Shown here in pieces: positions 41,465 through 51,671 of a DNA stretch of 64,000 nt; the stretch's first letter is position 1; every line of letters starts with the position of its first letter. The notes under the pieces were generated by a model. The model did no database searches. It was not told the DNA's origin and saw only the letters and a program-made list of their open reading frames with translations. Where the stretch lies: contig CAWFFH010000003.1 of the NCBI GenBank assembly GCA_963815095.1, forward strand, positions 768,001 through 832,000, read 5' to 3'. This DNA is from Candidatus Bathyarchaeota archaeon (GTDB lineage: Archaea > Thermoproteota > Bathyarchaeia > Bathyarchaeales > Bathycorpusculaceae). The translations under genes were made by a program, and so were the position numbers.

Positions 41465-42367
41465 CTATTTGTATAGTTTTTCCCATCGGGTGAAGAGGTC
41501 TAAGACTTCGTCGCCGCCGTGACCCTTAAGGAACTCACGTGTTTCTTTGTCAGCAACTGCGTTCTTCTGGAACTCTTGAATCCACTGGGCTTTTTCTGCC
41601 AAGAATATGATTCCGTCTACGCCTTGTCTTGCAACACGTGTAGCAACAGTCATAATTTGCTTTGTTGGTGCAACGGTATCCCATGTTTCATTTGGACCCC
41701 GGACATAGAAGTTTACGAAGACGGGTTTCTTTAGAATGCTCTTGAAACCTCTTGCGATGGTTTCCCAGTACCAGGGGGTCGGGTAAGCCTTGCTGAACAT
41801 TGGGATAACGAAGTAATCCGCGTATTGTGCCATGGCTTCAAAGTCATAGCCGAAGCGTTCTCTGCCCATTAATGGATCAGGGAGAAGGTTGACAAAGAGT
41901 GGTTTGCCGGAGACTACTTCTTTAACTTCAGCTAAGAAGTCAGTTACTACTTTTGCCCGCCAATCAAGCCATTTTAAGCCGCTTTTTCGTTGTTGTTCGA
42001 TGCATCTCGGGCAGGTGCAGAAATGCTGGTCTGCAAAGTGTTGGCTGCTGATGCTTATGCCTGGTGTGACTTTGGCGGATTCAGCGATGATTTTTAGATT
42101 ATATTCTCTTGCTTCTGGGTTAGTCATACATACGACGTCCCAGCGGAGGTTGTAGCGTTTATTGGTGCGGAGCGCTGGACCCCATGAGCTTACAGAGTTC
42201 CAGTCTGGACGCTTCGCCGCCATAAAGTTGTCACCGAAGCATGCGATGTTAGTATACATTTCCGGGTTGGGGTTTCCAACAATTCCTGATTCTGATTTTA
42301 ATCGGTAGAAGTTGTAATCGACGCCTTCAACAGGCTCGGGTTGATAGAGAAATACGCCGAATTTCAA
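41465..42367 (-). CDS. Uncharacterised GH-like TIM-barrel protein with CxCxxC motif
   Basis: VCMTNPEAR, HFCTCPRC, WLDWRA, PDP, RFGYDF; TTG start after GGTG. Confidence 0.7.
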   Translation of the reverse strand: MKFGVFLYQPEPVEGVDYNFYRLKSESGIVGNPNPEMYTNIACFGDNFMAAKRPDWNSVSSWGPALRTNKRYNLRWDVVCMTNPEAREYNLKIIAESAKVTPGISISSQHFADQHFCTCPRCIEQQRKSGLKWLDWRAKVVTDFLAEVKEVVSGKPLFVNLLPDPLMGRERFGYDFEAMAQYADYFVIPMFSKAYPTPWYWETIARGFKSILKKPVFVNFYVRGPNETWDTVAPTKQIMTVATRVARQGVDGIIFLAEKAQWIQEFQKNAVADKETREFLKGHGGDEVLDLFTRWEKLYK

Positions 42368-42434
42368 GTTAATACACCATTTTTTCTGTTGTTTTATTAC
42401 GGAATAAAAGTGCAAGTTATTTAAGTCTTTTCAG

Positions 42435-43478
42435 TTAAGGCTTAGATTGGGCGGTTTTGACAATTTTGATTAGTGTATGTTTTAAGAAGGGAGGTAGGTC
42501 CACAGTGGGATAATTTGGCACTTTAGAATTATCATGTTTGGAGATTACAGATACCCCAAAAAATTTGCTCGCATCTACCCAATCCACAAAGTCGGTTGGC
42601 AACAGGTTTTTCTTGTAATCGTCATCCATTTTCGCAGCAGCCAAAAGCCACATTCCAGCCGATGGATTCTTCTTGAGAATTTCAACCAAATCTCCAGCAG
42701 TAACCATTAAGCCTTCAGTTTTGGAAACTTCCACGGCCAATTTTTCAAGCGGCAAATGCCTCTCTTTGAGCCTGTCTAACACTGTGCGGCAAGCCCAAAT
42801 CGGCTCTTGCTTAAGCAATGCCTCAGTTACAGCATGTCTCGCACAATATCCCACTATCTTGCCTAACTTCGACGCCGGACCCGCTAAGATTAGCTTTTTA
42901 CCCCTACAAGTTGAGGCAATGGTGACGCTGTCGGTTATTGAACCTGTAGCGGAATCGCCAGTATAGCGGCTTCGGACATCAAAATCCCGCAGCACAGCTG
43001 ACTTGGCTTCAGTAGCTGTAATTAACGCGGCAACCATACAACTCTCCGATGGGTTCCCGTCGATGAAAACGATGATGTTTATGGTGCCCATGAGTTCCTG
43101 GACATCCATCTCTTCACCTGAAGATTCGCCATGTGAACAGCCCGCGGTTGCAACAACGTGAACTGAGAAGTTGTCGGCTTTTTTAGTGACTAAACTGTAA
43201 TTTTTAATTTTTGCTGCTGTAACCATAGCAAGGTAGTCTTTAGTTAATCCCACTTTTCCCGCGGATGTTGTGATAAGTTCGAGCGGGTCAAGATGCAAGG
43301 AGCGGTCGCTGTAGCCTTCAGGCACTCCTACATTAAGGACAGCTTTAACCTGATTGTATCCGCCATTATAGATTGCTGAGCTAACTGTTTTTAAAGCATT
43401 ATTACAAAAAACGCCTAGTACGTTCTCTTTCAAAACAAATCTTACGCCTTCAGCAAGCTCCAGTTCTTCCAAACCCAT
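42435..43478 (-). CDS. cbiZ: Adenosylcobinamide amidohydrolase with C-terminal extension
   Basis: SSAIYNGG, MVTAA, ATAG, GTINI, TATEAK, ATGSITD, GPASKLG. Confidence 0.85.
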   Translation of the reverse strand: MGLEELELAEGVRFVLKENVLGVFCNNALKTVSSAIYNGGYNQVKAVLNVGVPEGYSDRSLHLDPLELITTSAGKVGLTKDYLAMVTAAKIKNYSLVTKKADNFSVHVVATAGCSHGESSGEEMDVQELMGTINIIVFIDGNPSESCMVAALITATEAKSAVLRDFDVRSRYTGDSATGSITDSVTIASTCRGKKLILAGPASKLGKIVGYCARHAVTEALLKQEPIWACRTVLDRLKERHLPLEKLAVEVSKTEGLMVTAGDLVEILKKNPSAGMWLLAAAKMDDDYKKNLLPTDFVDWVDASKFFGVSVISKHDNSKVPNYPTVDLPPFLKHTLIKIVKTAQSKP

Positions 43479-43487
43479 TTCACACAG

Positions 43488-43718
43488 CTATTTTTGGGGT
43501 CTACTGTCATTTATAGTGATGGCTTTTGTGGGACAGAGATTAACACAGACACCACAACGCGTGCACTGTACGACGTCGATAACCTGGGGTTTGCGGTTCT
43601 TGCCTTCTTCGAGGGCCCCAACTGGACAAATGCCGATGCAGATTTGCCCAGTGCACGGTTGGCACTTTGCCGCGTCGATTGTAACTGGGGCTTTTCGCTT
43701 GTCCATTTGAATCAACAA
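43488..43718 (-). CDS. 2x[4Fe-4S] ferredoxin
   Basis: CQPC-x4-CIGICP and CTRCGVCVNLCP. Confidence 0.85.
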   Translation of the reverse strand: MLIQMDKRKAPVTIDAAKCQPCTGQICIGICPVGALEEGKNRKPQVIDVVQCTRCGVCVNLCPTKAITINDSRPQK

Positions 43719-43758
43719 TTAAATAAGCACCGATAATATATTTGTTGCGAGCAAGGTA

Positions 43759-44661
43759 TTGGGCATGAAAATAGGCTTAGTCACATACACTCCTGAAAGG
43801 GTCGAAGGTTTTAACCCGCATGTTTTCTTCGCCAAATGGGTTGATGGACAAGTTTTTCCCGCAGCCGAAGGAATGCAGAATGATGTGACTGTTTTCTGCG
43901 ATGCCAAAGCAATCCGCGAGGACCCAAGCATCGTTGCCCTCTCAAAAGGCGGACCAGCACTACGCCGCAATAGAAAATCCAATTTAGCTTTTGACTTCGT
44001 CTGCCCAACTCATCCACAATACCGCGCGAAAGTCTTTGACTATCTTGACACCATTTCAAAACAGGACATAAGCGGCGTCACACTGAATCTATACCACTTT
44101 CCAGACCAAGATTATTGCATCTGTCCAAGATGTACCGAGCAAAGGCAGAAAAGCGGCTTGGATTGGACACAATGGCGAGCCCAGACAATAACGTCTTTTC
44201 TGAAAGAAGCAAAAACTCATTGCAAGGGCACTTTTGCTGTGGAAATGTTTCCTGACCCCGTCTTGGCTAAAGAACGGTTTGGAATAGACTTCAGCGCGAT
44301 AGCTGAACTGGTGGATTATTTCCATGTACCTCTTTCATCGAGGGATTATTTGACTAATTATTGGGTTGACACAATAGTCCGCGACTTCGTTGCCATCCTA
44401 AAGAAACCTGTGGTGGTAGAGCTCAGCGCTGAAATGCCCACTGACGAAAAACTTGACGCGCTACTAAAAACGGTTGCTTACATTTCCCGCCATAAAATCG
44501 AGGCTGTTTTGCTGCTTGTGCATAACTCGGAAAACGCTCGGCAAGTGACAAGGTTTGCTGTACAGAACGCTGACTTCCGCGAATGGCTAGCAAAGTATGA
44601 GTTTGCGGAAATGAACCGAATCGTTGACGATTGGGCCAAGACTTCTTTATTTAAACCCTGA
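43759..44661 (+). CDS. Paralog of 41465..42367 (GH-like TIM barrel, CxCxxC)
   Basis: GPALR.N, VCPTHPQYR, HFPDQDYCICPRC, KSGL.W..WRA, PDP...ERFG.DF shared with the paralog. Confidence 0.72.
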   Translation: MGMKIGLVTYTPERVEGFNPHVFFAKWVDGQVFPAAEGMQNDVTVFCDAKAIREDPSIVALSKGGPALRRNRKSNLAFDFVCPTHPQYRAKVFDYLDTISKQDISGVTLNLYHFPDQDYCICPRCTEQRQKSGLDWTQWRAQTITSFLKEAKTHCKGTFAVEMFPDPVLAKERFGIDFSAIAELVDYFHVPLSSRDYLTNYWVDTIVRDFVAILKKPVVVELSAEMPTDEKLDALLKTVAYISRHKIEAVLLLVHNSENARQVTRFAVQNADFREWLAKYEFAEMNRIVDDWAKTSLFKP

Positions 44662-44720
44662 CATGTTGACCATATGTCAACAAAAGAAATTAGTGGCCAA
44701 CACGGTGGGCGGTTCCAAGG

Positions 44721-45473
44721 TTAAGCTTTGCTGAGTTGCGCTCGGTAGTCTCTTAACACTTGCATGTCTAAGTCCGCGCTTAAAATCGAGTCTTCCGGTG
44801 AATCGGTGACTTCTCCAAGAACGCCCCATGGGGCGATAATTGCGCTTCGTCCTCCTCTCATGTTGGAGCAAACGTTGCCGACTTTTAAGATGTAGAAACC
44901 GAAGTTTCTCGCAATTCCAACCGTTAAGGGGTGACCTTGAACTGTGGGATGGGTTCCCATTGCAGCTACGGGCAACGAGATGATTTCCGCACCCATCATA
45001 GCTACTTTGGTTACGACATCTGGGTTGAAGGTGTCAGCGCACACAATCATTCCTAGCTTGCCCAAATTTGTGTCAACCACGACGGGCTCAAAGCCTTTGG
45101 AGACACCTGCTTCCGTCTCCGCTTTTATGGGGCTGATTTTCTTGTATTTAGCCAGCATTTTACCGTTTTTCCAGAGTGTGCTTGTATTGTAATATTTGCT
45201 TTCGTCTTCTTCTAGTACAGTGCCGCCCAGAAGGTAGATTTCTCCGATGGTTCTTGAGACTTCCTCGAGGAACTGCAGTGTTTTTTTGGAGGTTTCCTGT
45301 GAGATTTTTTGGGCATTAGTGAAGTCGGCCATGCAGTTGGGAACGGTAAAGTATTCGGGAAGGGCGATTAGAGCTGGTTTTTGTTTTGCGGCTTTGAGGA
45401 CGGCGGTTTTGGCGGCGGTTAGGTTGTCTTGTAGTGTGAGGCGGATTTTCATGTGTAGTACGCTGACTTTCAT
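44721..45473 (-). CDS. Nitrilase/carbon-nitrogen hydrolase
   Basis: Glu-Lys-Cys triad in LPEYF, YKKI, IVCAD; GRSAIIAPWG. Confidence 0.88.
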   Translation of the reverse strand: MKVSVLHMKIRLTLQDNLTAAKTAVLKAAKQKPALIALPEYFTVPNCMADFTNAQKISQETSKKTLQFLEEVSRTIGEIYLLGGTVLEEDESKYYNTSTLWKNGKMLAKYKKISPIKAETEAGVSKGFEPVVVDTNLGKLGMIVCADTFNPDVVTKVAMMGAEIISLPVAAMGTHPTVQGHPLTVGIARNFGFYILKVGNVCSNMRGGRSAIIAPWGVLGEVTDSPEDSILSADLDMQVLRDYRAQLSKA

Positions 45474-45690
45474 GCAGGATGCCTTCTGTTTTGTGTATTG
45501 ATTTTTGTTTTTGAGCATTTAAACTTAATTGGTTAATGTGATTATTGGACTATTCTTCGCGAATGGTGGCCGTTTGTCCAGCATTATTTTGGAGTTCCGC
45601 ACAGATGTCTATTAATTGACGCCATTTATATGCATGCGGATAACCTTAAATACTGCCTGAAAGACAAACTCTGTAAAGCGAGGGACAAAA

Positions 45691-46674
45691 ATGGCAATAA
45701 ACGAATCAGAGGTTAACAAACTCCTCCCCGAAGTAAGAACCCTAATTAACAAAGTCGTCAAGAAAAACATGGCAGACGGCTTCCTATTCTCAGCTGGAAC
45801 CGACACCCAAATAATCGCCTACGAAGCAGTCAAATACAACCCCGACATACCCTGCCTCACATTAGCCTTCAAACACGGTCAGCCCAAAGACACCGAATAC
45901 GTCAAGAAAATGGTTGCACTCCTTCACCTTAAACACGAAACCTACCAATTCGGCAAAGAAGATGTAATGAAATTTTTCCCCAAAGTCGTCGAAGCACTCA
46001 AAAAATACGACCCCATGGAAATCAGAAACAGCCTCCCAGTCTACATCGGCTTAACTCTTCTAAAACCCAAAGGAATAAAAACCGTTTTTACAGGAGACGC
46101 CTTAGACGAGCTTTTTGGTTACCCCTGGCAATTCCATCTGTCCGAAGAACAGTTCGCCGTGAAACAACAGGAAATGTGGGCTGAAATGGGGTTCTCCTCA
46201 TTCCCGATGGCAGAGTCTCTTGGAATGCAAATCAAAGCACCCTACAGAGATCCCGAATTCATGGCTTGGGCAATGAAACTACCTATCAAATACAAGATTA
46301 ACATGTACAACGGCGTAAAATACGGCAAATGGATTCTGCGCAAAGCGTACGAAGACGTCATACCTAACGACATAATTTGGAGGCCCAAAGCACCCTTGGA
46401 AGCCGGAACAGGAACAGAAACATTACGCACCTACTTCAACGACATGATAACCGACAAAGAGTTCAATGAGAAGAAAGTAGCCATAAAAGCAGCCGACGAC
46501 GTGGAAATCCAAGATAAAGAACAGCTTCTCTACTACGAGGTCTTCCGTCAAAAATTCGGCAAACCAAAAGACGTGTTCCCAAAAGTCGAAGGCGCAATAC
46601 AATGTCCCAAATGCCACAGCTATATTAAAACTAAGATACAATTCTGCAAAACATGCGGAGCTTATCCCATCTAA
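45691..46674 (+). CDS. Asparagine-synthase synthetase domain only (no Ntn glutaminase) with a C-terminal zinc ribbon
   Basis: FSAGTDT PP-loop variant, TGDALDELFGY, KWILRKA, WRPKAP, CPKC...CKTC. Confidence 0.82.
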   Translation: MAINESEVNKLLPEVRTLINKVVKKNMADGFLFSAGTDTQIIAYEAVKYNPDIPCLTLAFKHGQPKDTEYVKKMVALLHLKHETYQFGKEDVMKFFPKVVEALKKYDPMEIRNSLPVYIGLTLLKPKGIKTVFTGDALDELFGYPWQFHLSEEQFAVKQQEMWAEMGFSSFPMAESLGMQIKAPYRDPEFMAWAMKLPIKYKINMYNGVKYGKWILRKAYEDVIPNDIIWRPKAPLEAGTGTETLRTYFNDMITDKEFNEKKVAIKAADDVEIQDKEQLLYYEVFRQKFGKPKDVFPKVEGAIQCPKCHSYIKTKIQFCKTCGAYPI

Positions 46675-46767
46675 TTCCTTCTTTATTTTTTTGAAAAACG
46701 CCATTTTAACTGCTTTTTTCAGGAAAGACTTAATTCTTTAGTCTGTACTTTTGGAAAACAAAAAGGG

Positions 46768-47844
46768 TTGAGTCTGATGGCTAAGCTGAGTGATTTGAAG
46801 TGGGCTATGGGCACAAGCATCTTTGCCGCTAGCTTCATCTTTGGCATATTTTTACTAGGTGTTATTTTCCTGCTACAATATTATGTAGTGGGTTTTGACT
46901 TAGTAACCGGTTTGATTTTGGCTCTAGGCGGTACTTTATTGTTCATACTCTTCGAATACGCAATCGGTCCAGTCATAGTCTCCTTAACCACCCGTTTACA
47001 CTTTCTAAAGCCCGGAGAGAATCCATGGTTGGAAAACACCGTTAAGGAGTTAGCTGCCAAAAGCAATATTCCGATGCCTAAACTGGCCATTGTCCCAAAT
47101 AATACCCCTAACGCCTTCACTTATGGTCGAACCAGTAGCAGCGCCGTTCTGGCGGTTCATGAAGGGCTCCTTAGAAGCCTCAATGAAGATGAGATTCGGG
47201 GAGTAATCGCCCATGAACTTGGACATATTAAACATAAAGATTACATTGTAATGACAGTTCTTTCAGCTCTGCCGCTTATTGCTTATTGGATAGCGCAGAT
47301 TGCATTAAACGCAGCATGGTTTAGTGGTGGATCCTCAAGAAGAAACAAAGACCAGGGAAACGCTGGTATCGTACTCATTGTTATCGGTGTTGCCTCTTTT
47401 GTAGTTTATATCCTGAGCTTTCTTGCCGTAATGCGTCTTAGCAGATTACGTGAACACTTCGCCGATGCATACAGCGCTTACCTAACAGGAAACCCCCGAA
47501 ACCTTCAAAGCGCCCTTGCGAAAATTACCTACGGTTTATCTCTTGCTCCAAAAGCTACTGCGGAAGCGCGGAGCTTCTATATAGAAGACCCAAGCCAAGC
47601 AAAACAGGAAGTTGCTGAAATAATGAATAAAAAAGATGAATACGACCTTGACCACGACGGCGTTTTGGACCAGCGCGAGTTAGAGTTGGCGATGGAGAAA
47701 GAATCAAAGAGTACATGGGTACAAATGAACAGTTTATTTGCTACGCATCCACCAACTTTTAAGCGCATTTTGCTCCTAAAAGAAATCGAACAGGAAATGG
47801 GCACTGGGAATTACAGCAATGACAATATGTATAATCATGTGTAA
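46768..47844 (+). CDS. htpX: HtpX-like M48 zinc metalloprotease
   Basis: PNAFTYG, AHELGH, SRLREHFAD, FATHPP. Confidence 0.92.
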   Translation: MSLMAKLSDLKWAMGTSIFAASFIFGIFLLGVIFLLQYYVVGFDLVTGLILALGGTLLFILFEYAIGPVIVSLTTRLHFLKPGENPWLENTVKELAAKSNIPMPKLAIVPNNTPNAFTYGRTSSSAVLAVHEGLLRSLNEDEIRGVIAHELGHIKHKDYIVMTVLSALPLIAYWIAQIALNAAWFSGGSSRRNKDQGNAGIVLIVIGVASFVVYILSFLAVMRLSRLREHFADAYSAYLTGNPRNLQSALAKITYGLSLAPKATAEARSFYIEDPSQAKQEVAEIMNKKDEYDLDHDGVLDQRELELAMEKESKSTWVQMNSLFATHPPTFKRILLLKEIEQEMGTGNYSNDNMYNHV

Positions 47845-47938
47845 TACTCTTTTTTTGCCTAAAAATGTTGAATTACATGCGAAGACTAATATCCACCCAG
47901 AAATAAATTACTAACAAACCTCAAAAGAGAAACCAAAA

Positions 47939-48145
47939 ATGGTAAATTACTGTCCAGAGTGCGGTGGAGAAATACAATATATCTCGTTGACTAAACATTA
48001 CGTCTGCAAAAGCTGCGGATTATCCTGTACAGGACAGGAACTCAATGACTTGCATGACAAGAATAGGCCTGCCGATGAAACCGCTGAAGAAGTTAGACAA
48101 AACCGCAGAAAAGAATACCTTAAATGGTATCTTAGCAAAAAATAA
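47939..48145 (+). CDS. Small zinc-ribbon protein
   Basis: CPECGG...CKSCG, charged C-terminal helix. Confidence 0.75.
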   Translation: MVNYCPECGGEIQYISLTKHYVCKSCGLSCTGQELNDLHDKNRPADETAEEVRQNRRKEYLKWYLSKK

Positions 48146-48268
48146 AATTGCCAAAAAAAGGGTAATCACCTTTTTCGTTAGCCTTGACGCTGTTTTATCA
48201 GCGCCTATAACTAAAGAATTAACTTTAAATCGACTCGCCCGGTTAATTAAAATGGTGTAGGCGACTTT

Positions 48269-48835
48269 ATGTTTCAGCGAGTTAATGTTCTGGCTTTTGC
48301 GGGAAGTCTACGCAAAGGCTCATTTAACAAGGCCCTAATCCGTGCCGCCGTGGAATTGGCACCCGAAAACGTTGTAATCGAAGTTTTTGATTTAGAAGGT
48401 ATTCCGCCGTTTAACCAAGACTTTGAAGCTACTCCACCTCAAAGAGTCAAAGAGTTTAAGGAGAAAATCAGAGAGGCTGATGCCCTTTTGATAGCCACCC
48501 CCGAATATAATTATTCGGTTTCAGGAGTTTTAAAAAACGCGCTTGATTGCGCCTCAAGACCAAGAGTGGATATGCCTTTGGAAGGTAAACCTGTAGCCAT
48601 CATGAGCGCTTCAACTGGAAGATTTGGCGGTGCAAGGGCACAGTATCATCTGCGGCAATCATTCATTTTTCTCAACATGCTACCCATTAACCGCCCTGAA
48701 GTCATGCTTACAGATTCAATGCACAATGTTGATGCCAATGGAAATCTAACCAACGAGCAAACACGCAAACTCATCGTGCAACTGCTCGAAGCGCTCGCAG
48801 CATGGACCATTAAACTCAAAGATAAGCCACAATAA
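48269..48835 (+). CDS. NAD(P)H-dependent FMN reductase (ChrR-like flavodoxin fold)
   Basis: GSLRKGSFN, TPEYNYS..LKNALD, GGARAQ. Confidence 0.9.
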   Translation: MFQRVNVLAFAGSLRKGSFNKALIRAAVELAPENVVIEVFDLEGIPPFNQDFEATPPQRVKEFKEKIREADALLIATPEYNYSVSGVLKNALDCASRPRVDMPLEGKPVAIMSASTGRFGGARAQYHLRQSFIFLNMLPINRPEVMLTDSMHNVDANGNLTNEQTRKLIVQLLEALAAWTIKLKDKPQ

Positions 48836-48909
48836 CTTCACCAGTTTTCACGTTGACACAGCAAAGCCTTAAAATGGCAATGTGTCTCGTAAAGTATTGG
48901 CGAATCAAT

Positions 48910-50208
48910 ATGAGAGTCATAGCTGACCTGCACATTCACGGTCGTTTCAGCCGAGCAACAAGCGAACAAATGAATATTCCCGAAATAGGTAAGTACGCAA
49001 AAATTAAGGGACTCAACCTAATTGGTACAGGCGATTTTACTCATCCCGATTGGCTCAAGGAAATCAAACAGACCCTGACGCCCGAGCAAGATACAGGGCT
49101 CTTCAAACTAACCCATATGGATTCTGCGATACGTTTCATTCTTCAAACTGAAGTTTGCACGATCTTTGATTACAAGGGCGAATCCAAAAAAATCCACCAC
49201 GTCATATTAACTCCAAGCTTAGAAACCGCTATTCAAATCAATGAGCGCCTTCAAAGCTTTGGGAGTTTAAGCTCAGACGGCAGACCAATCCTTAATGTAT
49301 CCGCTCCTCAATTTGTTGAAGAAGTTATGGCAGTTTCAGATGATAACATAGTATTTCCAGCACACGCTTGGACACCATGGTTTAGCATCTTCGGAGCATT
49401 TAGCGGCTTTGACACAATGGAAGACTGCTACCAAGACATGACCAAACACATCCATGCGTTGGAAACGGGTTTATCATCTGACCCGCCTATGAATTGGCGT
49501 CTCAGCAAACTTGACAGATACACGTTGATTTCTAATAGTGACTGTCACAGTTTTTGGCCTTGGCGCATCGGCAGAGAAGCCAACGCGTTTGAGTTGGAAA
49601 CGTTCAGCTACAAAGAAGTCACAGAAATAATAATCGCTAAAGATTCTTCACACTTCAAGTTCACCATTGAAACTGACCCTGCCTATGGCAAGTATCATTT
49701 GACAGGGCACAGAAACTGCAAAGTTTCCCTATCACCAGCCGAAGCCACAAAATTCGGCAACATCTGCCCTGTTTGCCACAGAAGTCTCACTAAAGGTGTC
49801 GAGCAACGGGTGGAAGAACTCGCTGATCGCCCAGCAGATTTTAAGCGTGAAGGTGCACATGGGTTTATGAGGTTGCTTCCGCTCTCCGAAATCATCGCGG
49901 CAGTGCTTGGGACTGATTCGCCTGCAACTAAGGCCGTTTGGAAAAACTATAATTTGTTAACGGAGAAATTCAGTGATGAGTACAAGGTGCTGATTGATGC
50001 GCCTTTAGATGCGTTGGCACAAGTGGTGGGTGCATCGATTGCACAGGTTATCGTTAAGGTTAGAGAGGGTAATGCTAAAGTTACACCGGGATACGACGGT
50101 GTTTACGGTCAACTGGTTTTAGGCATCAATGTTCCTCCAGCTGTTAAACTCAAGCCTAAACTAATTCAACCAATTGTTAAGCAGAAGAGTATGACTGATT
50201 TCTGGTAA
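48910..50208 (+). CDS. PHP-domain endonuclease Q family protein
   Basis: ADLHIH, GTGDFTHP, PAHAWTPW, ETGLSSD, SNSDCHS, GKYH, CPVC, PGYDGVYG. Confidence 0.85.
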   Translation: MRVIADLHIHGRFSRATSEQMNIPEIGKYAKIKGLNLIGTGDFTHPDWLKEIKQTLTPEQDTGLFKLTHMDSAIRFILQTEVCTIFDYKGESKKIHHVILTPSLETAIQINERLQSFGSLSSDGRPILNVSAPQFVEEVMAVSDDNIVFPAHAWTPWFSIFGAFSGFDTMEDCYQDMTKHIHALETGLSSDPPMNWRLSKLDRYTLISNSDCHSFWPWRIGREANAFELETFSYKEVTEIIIAKDSSHFKFTIETDPAYGKYHLTGHRNCKVSLSPAEATKFGNICPVCHRSLTKGVEQRVEELADRPADFKREGAHGFMRLLPLSEIIAAVLGTDSPATKAVWKNYNLLTEKFSDEYKVLIDAPLDALAQVVGASIAQVIVKVREGNAKVTPGYDGVYGQLVLGINVPPAVKLKPKLIQPIVKQKSMTDFW

Positions 50209-50274
50209 GCCACAATATTCAAGCAAATTGTTTAATTCCCCCAAACAATTCTATTTTGAAAGGTACCGATTACC

Positions 50275-51661
50275 TTGAAAGACCTTCTAACCAAAATCAA
50301 CAAGATAGCCACCCAAAAGTTTGGCGCCCAATATGCTGAAGCCCGAGCCCAAAAACTCTACAAAACTGCCCTCACCCTAAAAGAGGAACGCGTAGAAGCC
50401 GCCAAACAGGGAATTGAAAACGGCGTCGCCCTCCGAGTGCTCGTGAATGGTGCTTGGGGTTTTGCGTCAGTGGGCTCGTTGGATTCGACTATTTTGGAGG
50501 ATGCTGTATCAGATGCTTGTAGGATGGCTAAACTTGCAAGCGGACGGCTAAAAACACCCATTAAACTAGCATATGCCAAAGTTGTGGAGGACCATGTTTT
50601 ATCCAAGCCAAAGAAGAATCCCGCGGACATCCCGATAGAAGACAAAATAAAAACTGCTCTTGCCGTAAACAAGACGAGTTTGAGCTTTGACAAACGCATC
50701 AAAAGTTGCTCAATAGATTACTTTGATTTGACTGGATCAAGCTTTTTCTTGAACAGTGAGGGCACGAGTATAGAGCAGGACAAGTTGTATGTCTGGGCAA
50801 GGATGACTGCTTCTGCCGTAACTGAAGGCGTCTTCACTTTTAGTCGGGAAGAAATTGGTTCCACAAAAGGTTACGAACTCTTCGATGAACAAGCCCCTGA
50901 AGCGTTAGGTGAGAAAGTTGCCAAGCTTGCGATTGAACAATTAAATGCCAAAGCTCCGAAGGGTGGAAAATTTCCCGTTGTTTTGGGTCCCAATGTTGTG
51001 GGGGTTTTTGTTCATGAAGCGTTTGGGCATTTGGCTGAAGCTGATTTGGCTCTTTCAGGTGGAGTGTTGGCTGATAATTTTGGGAAAAAAATTGGTTCTA
51101 ATTTGGTAACGTTTTATGATGATGGCACAATTGATGGAGCGTTTGGTGCATTCAAATACGATGATGAAGGCGTTCCAGCTCAGAAAACCTTGCTCATAAA
51201 AGACGGCGTAGTATCTGGCTTGATGCATAACCGCGAAACCGCATCAGAAATTTAATGCTCAACCCACTGGTAACGCGCGGGCAGAAGACTTCCGTGTGGA
51301 GCCAATCATTCGGATGCGTTGTACTTATATGGCACCCAGAGACCAAACCTTCGAAGAATTAATTGAAGATGTAAAGTCAGGTTATTACTTTAAGAGTTTT
51401 AGGGGCGGGCAAGCGAACCTTGACGGCACTTTCCAAGTGGGCATTCAAGAAGGCTACGAAATTGTGAACGGCAAAATCGGCGCCCCCGTCCGCAACGCAT
51501 CAATAAGCGGAAATACTCTTGAAACATTGCATCAGGTGGATGCTGTGGGAAAGGATTTCCTCTTAGACCCTGGTCGATGCGGCAAGGGTCAGACAGCTTT
51601 TATTAGTGACGGTGGACCGCACATTAGAATCAGTAAGGTGGTTGTCGGTGGCAGTGCTTGA
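50275..51661 (+). CDS. tldD: TldD metalloprotease, +1 frameshift near 51244
   Basis: [15 protein letters not shown]; deleting one base at 51243/51244 gives [18 protein letters not shown]...CGKGQ...GGPH. Confidence 0.88.
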
Positions 51662-51671
51662 AAAAAACACA

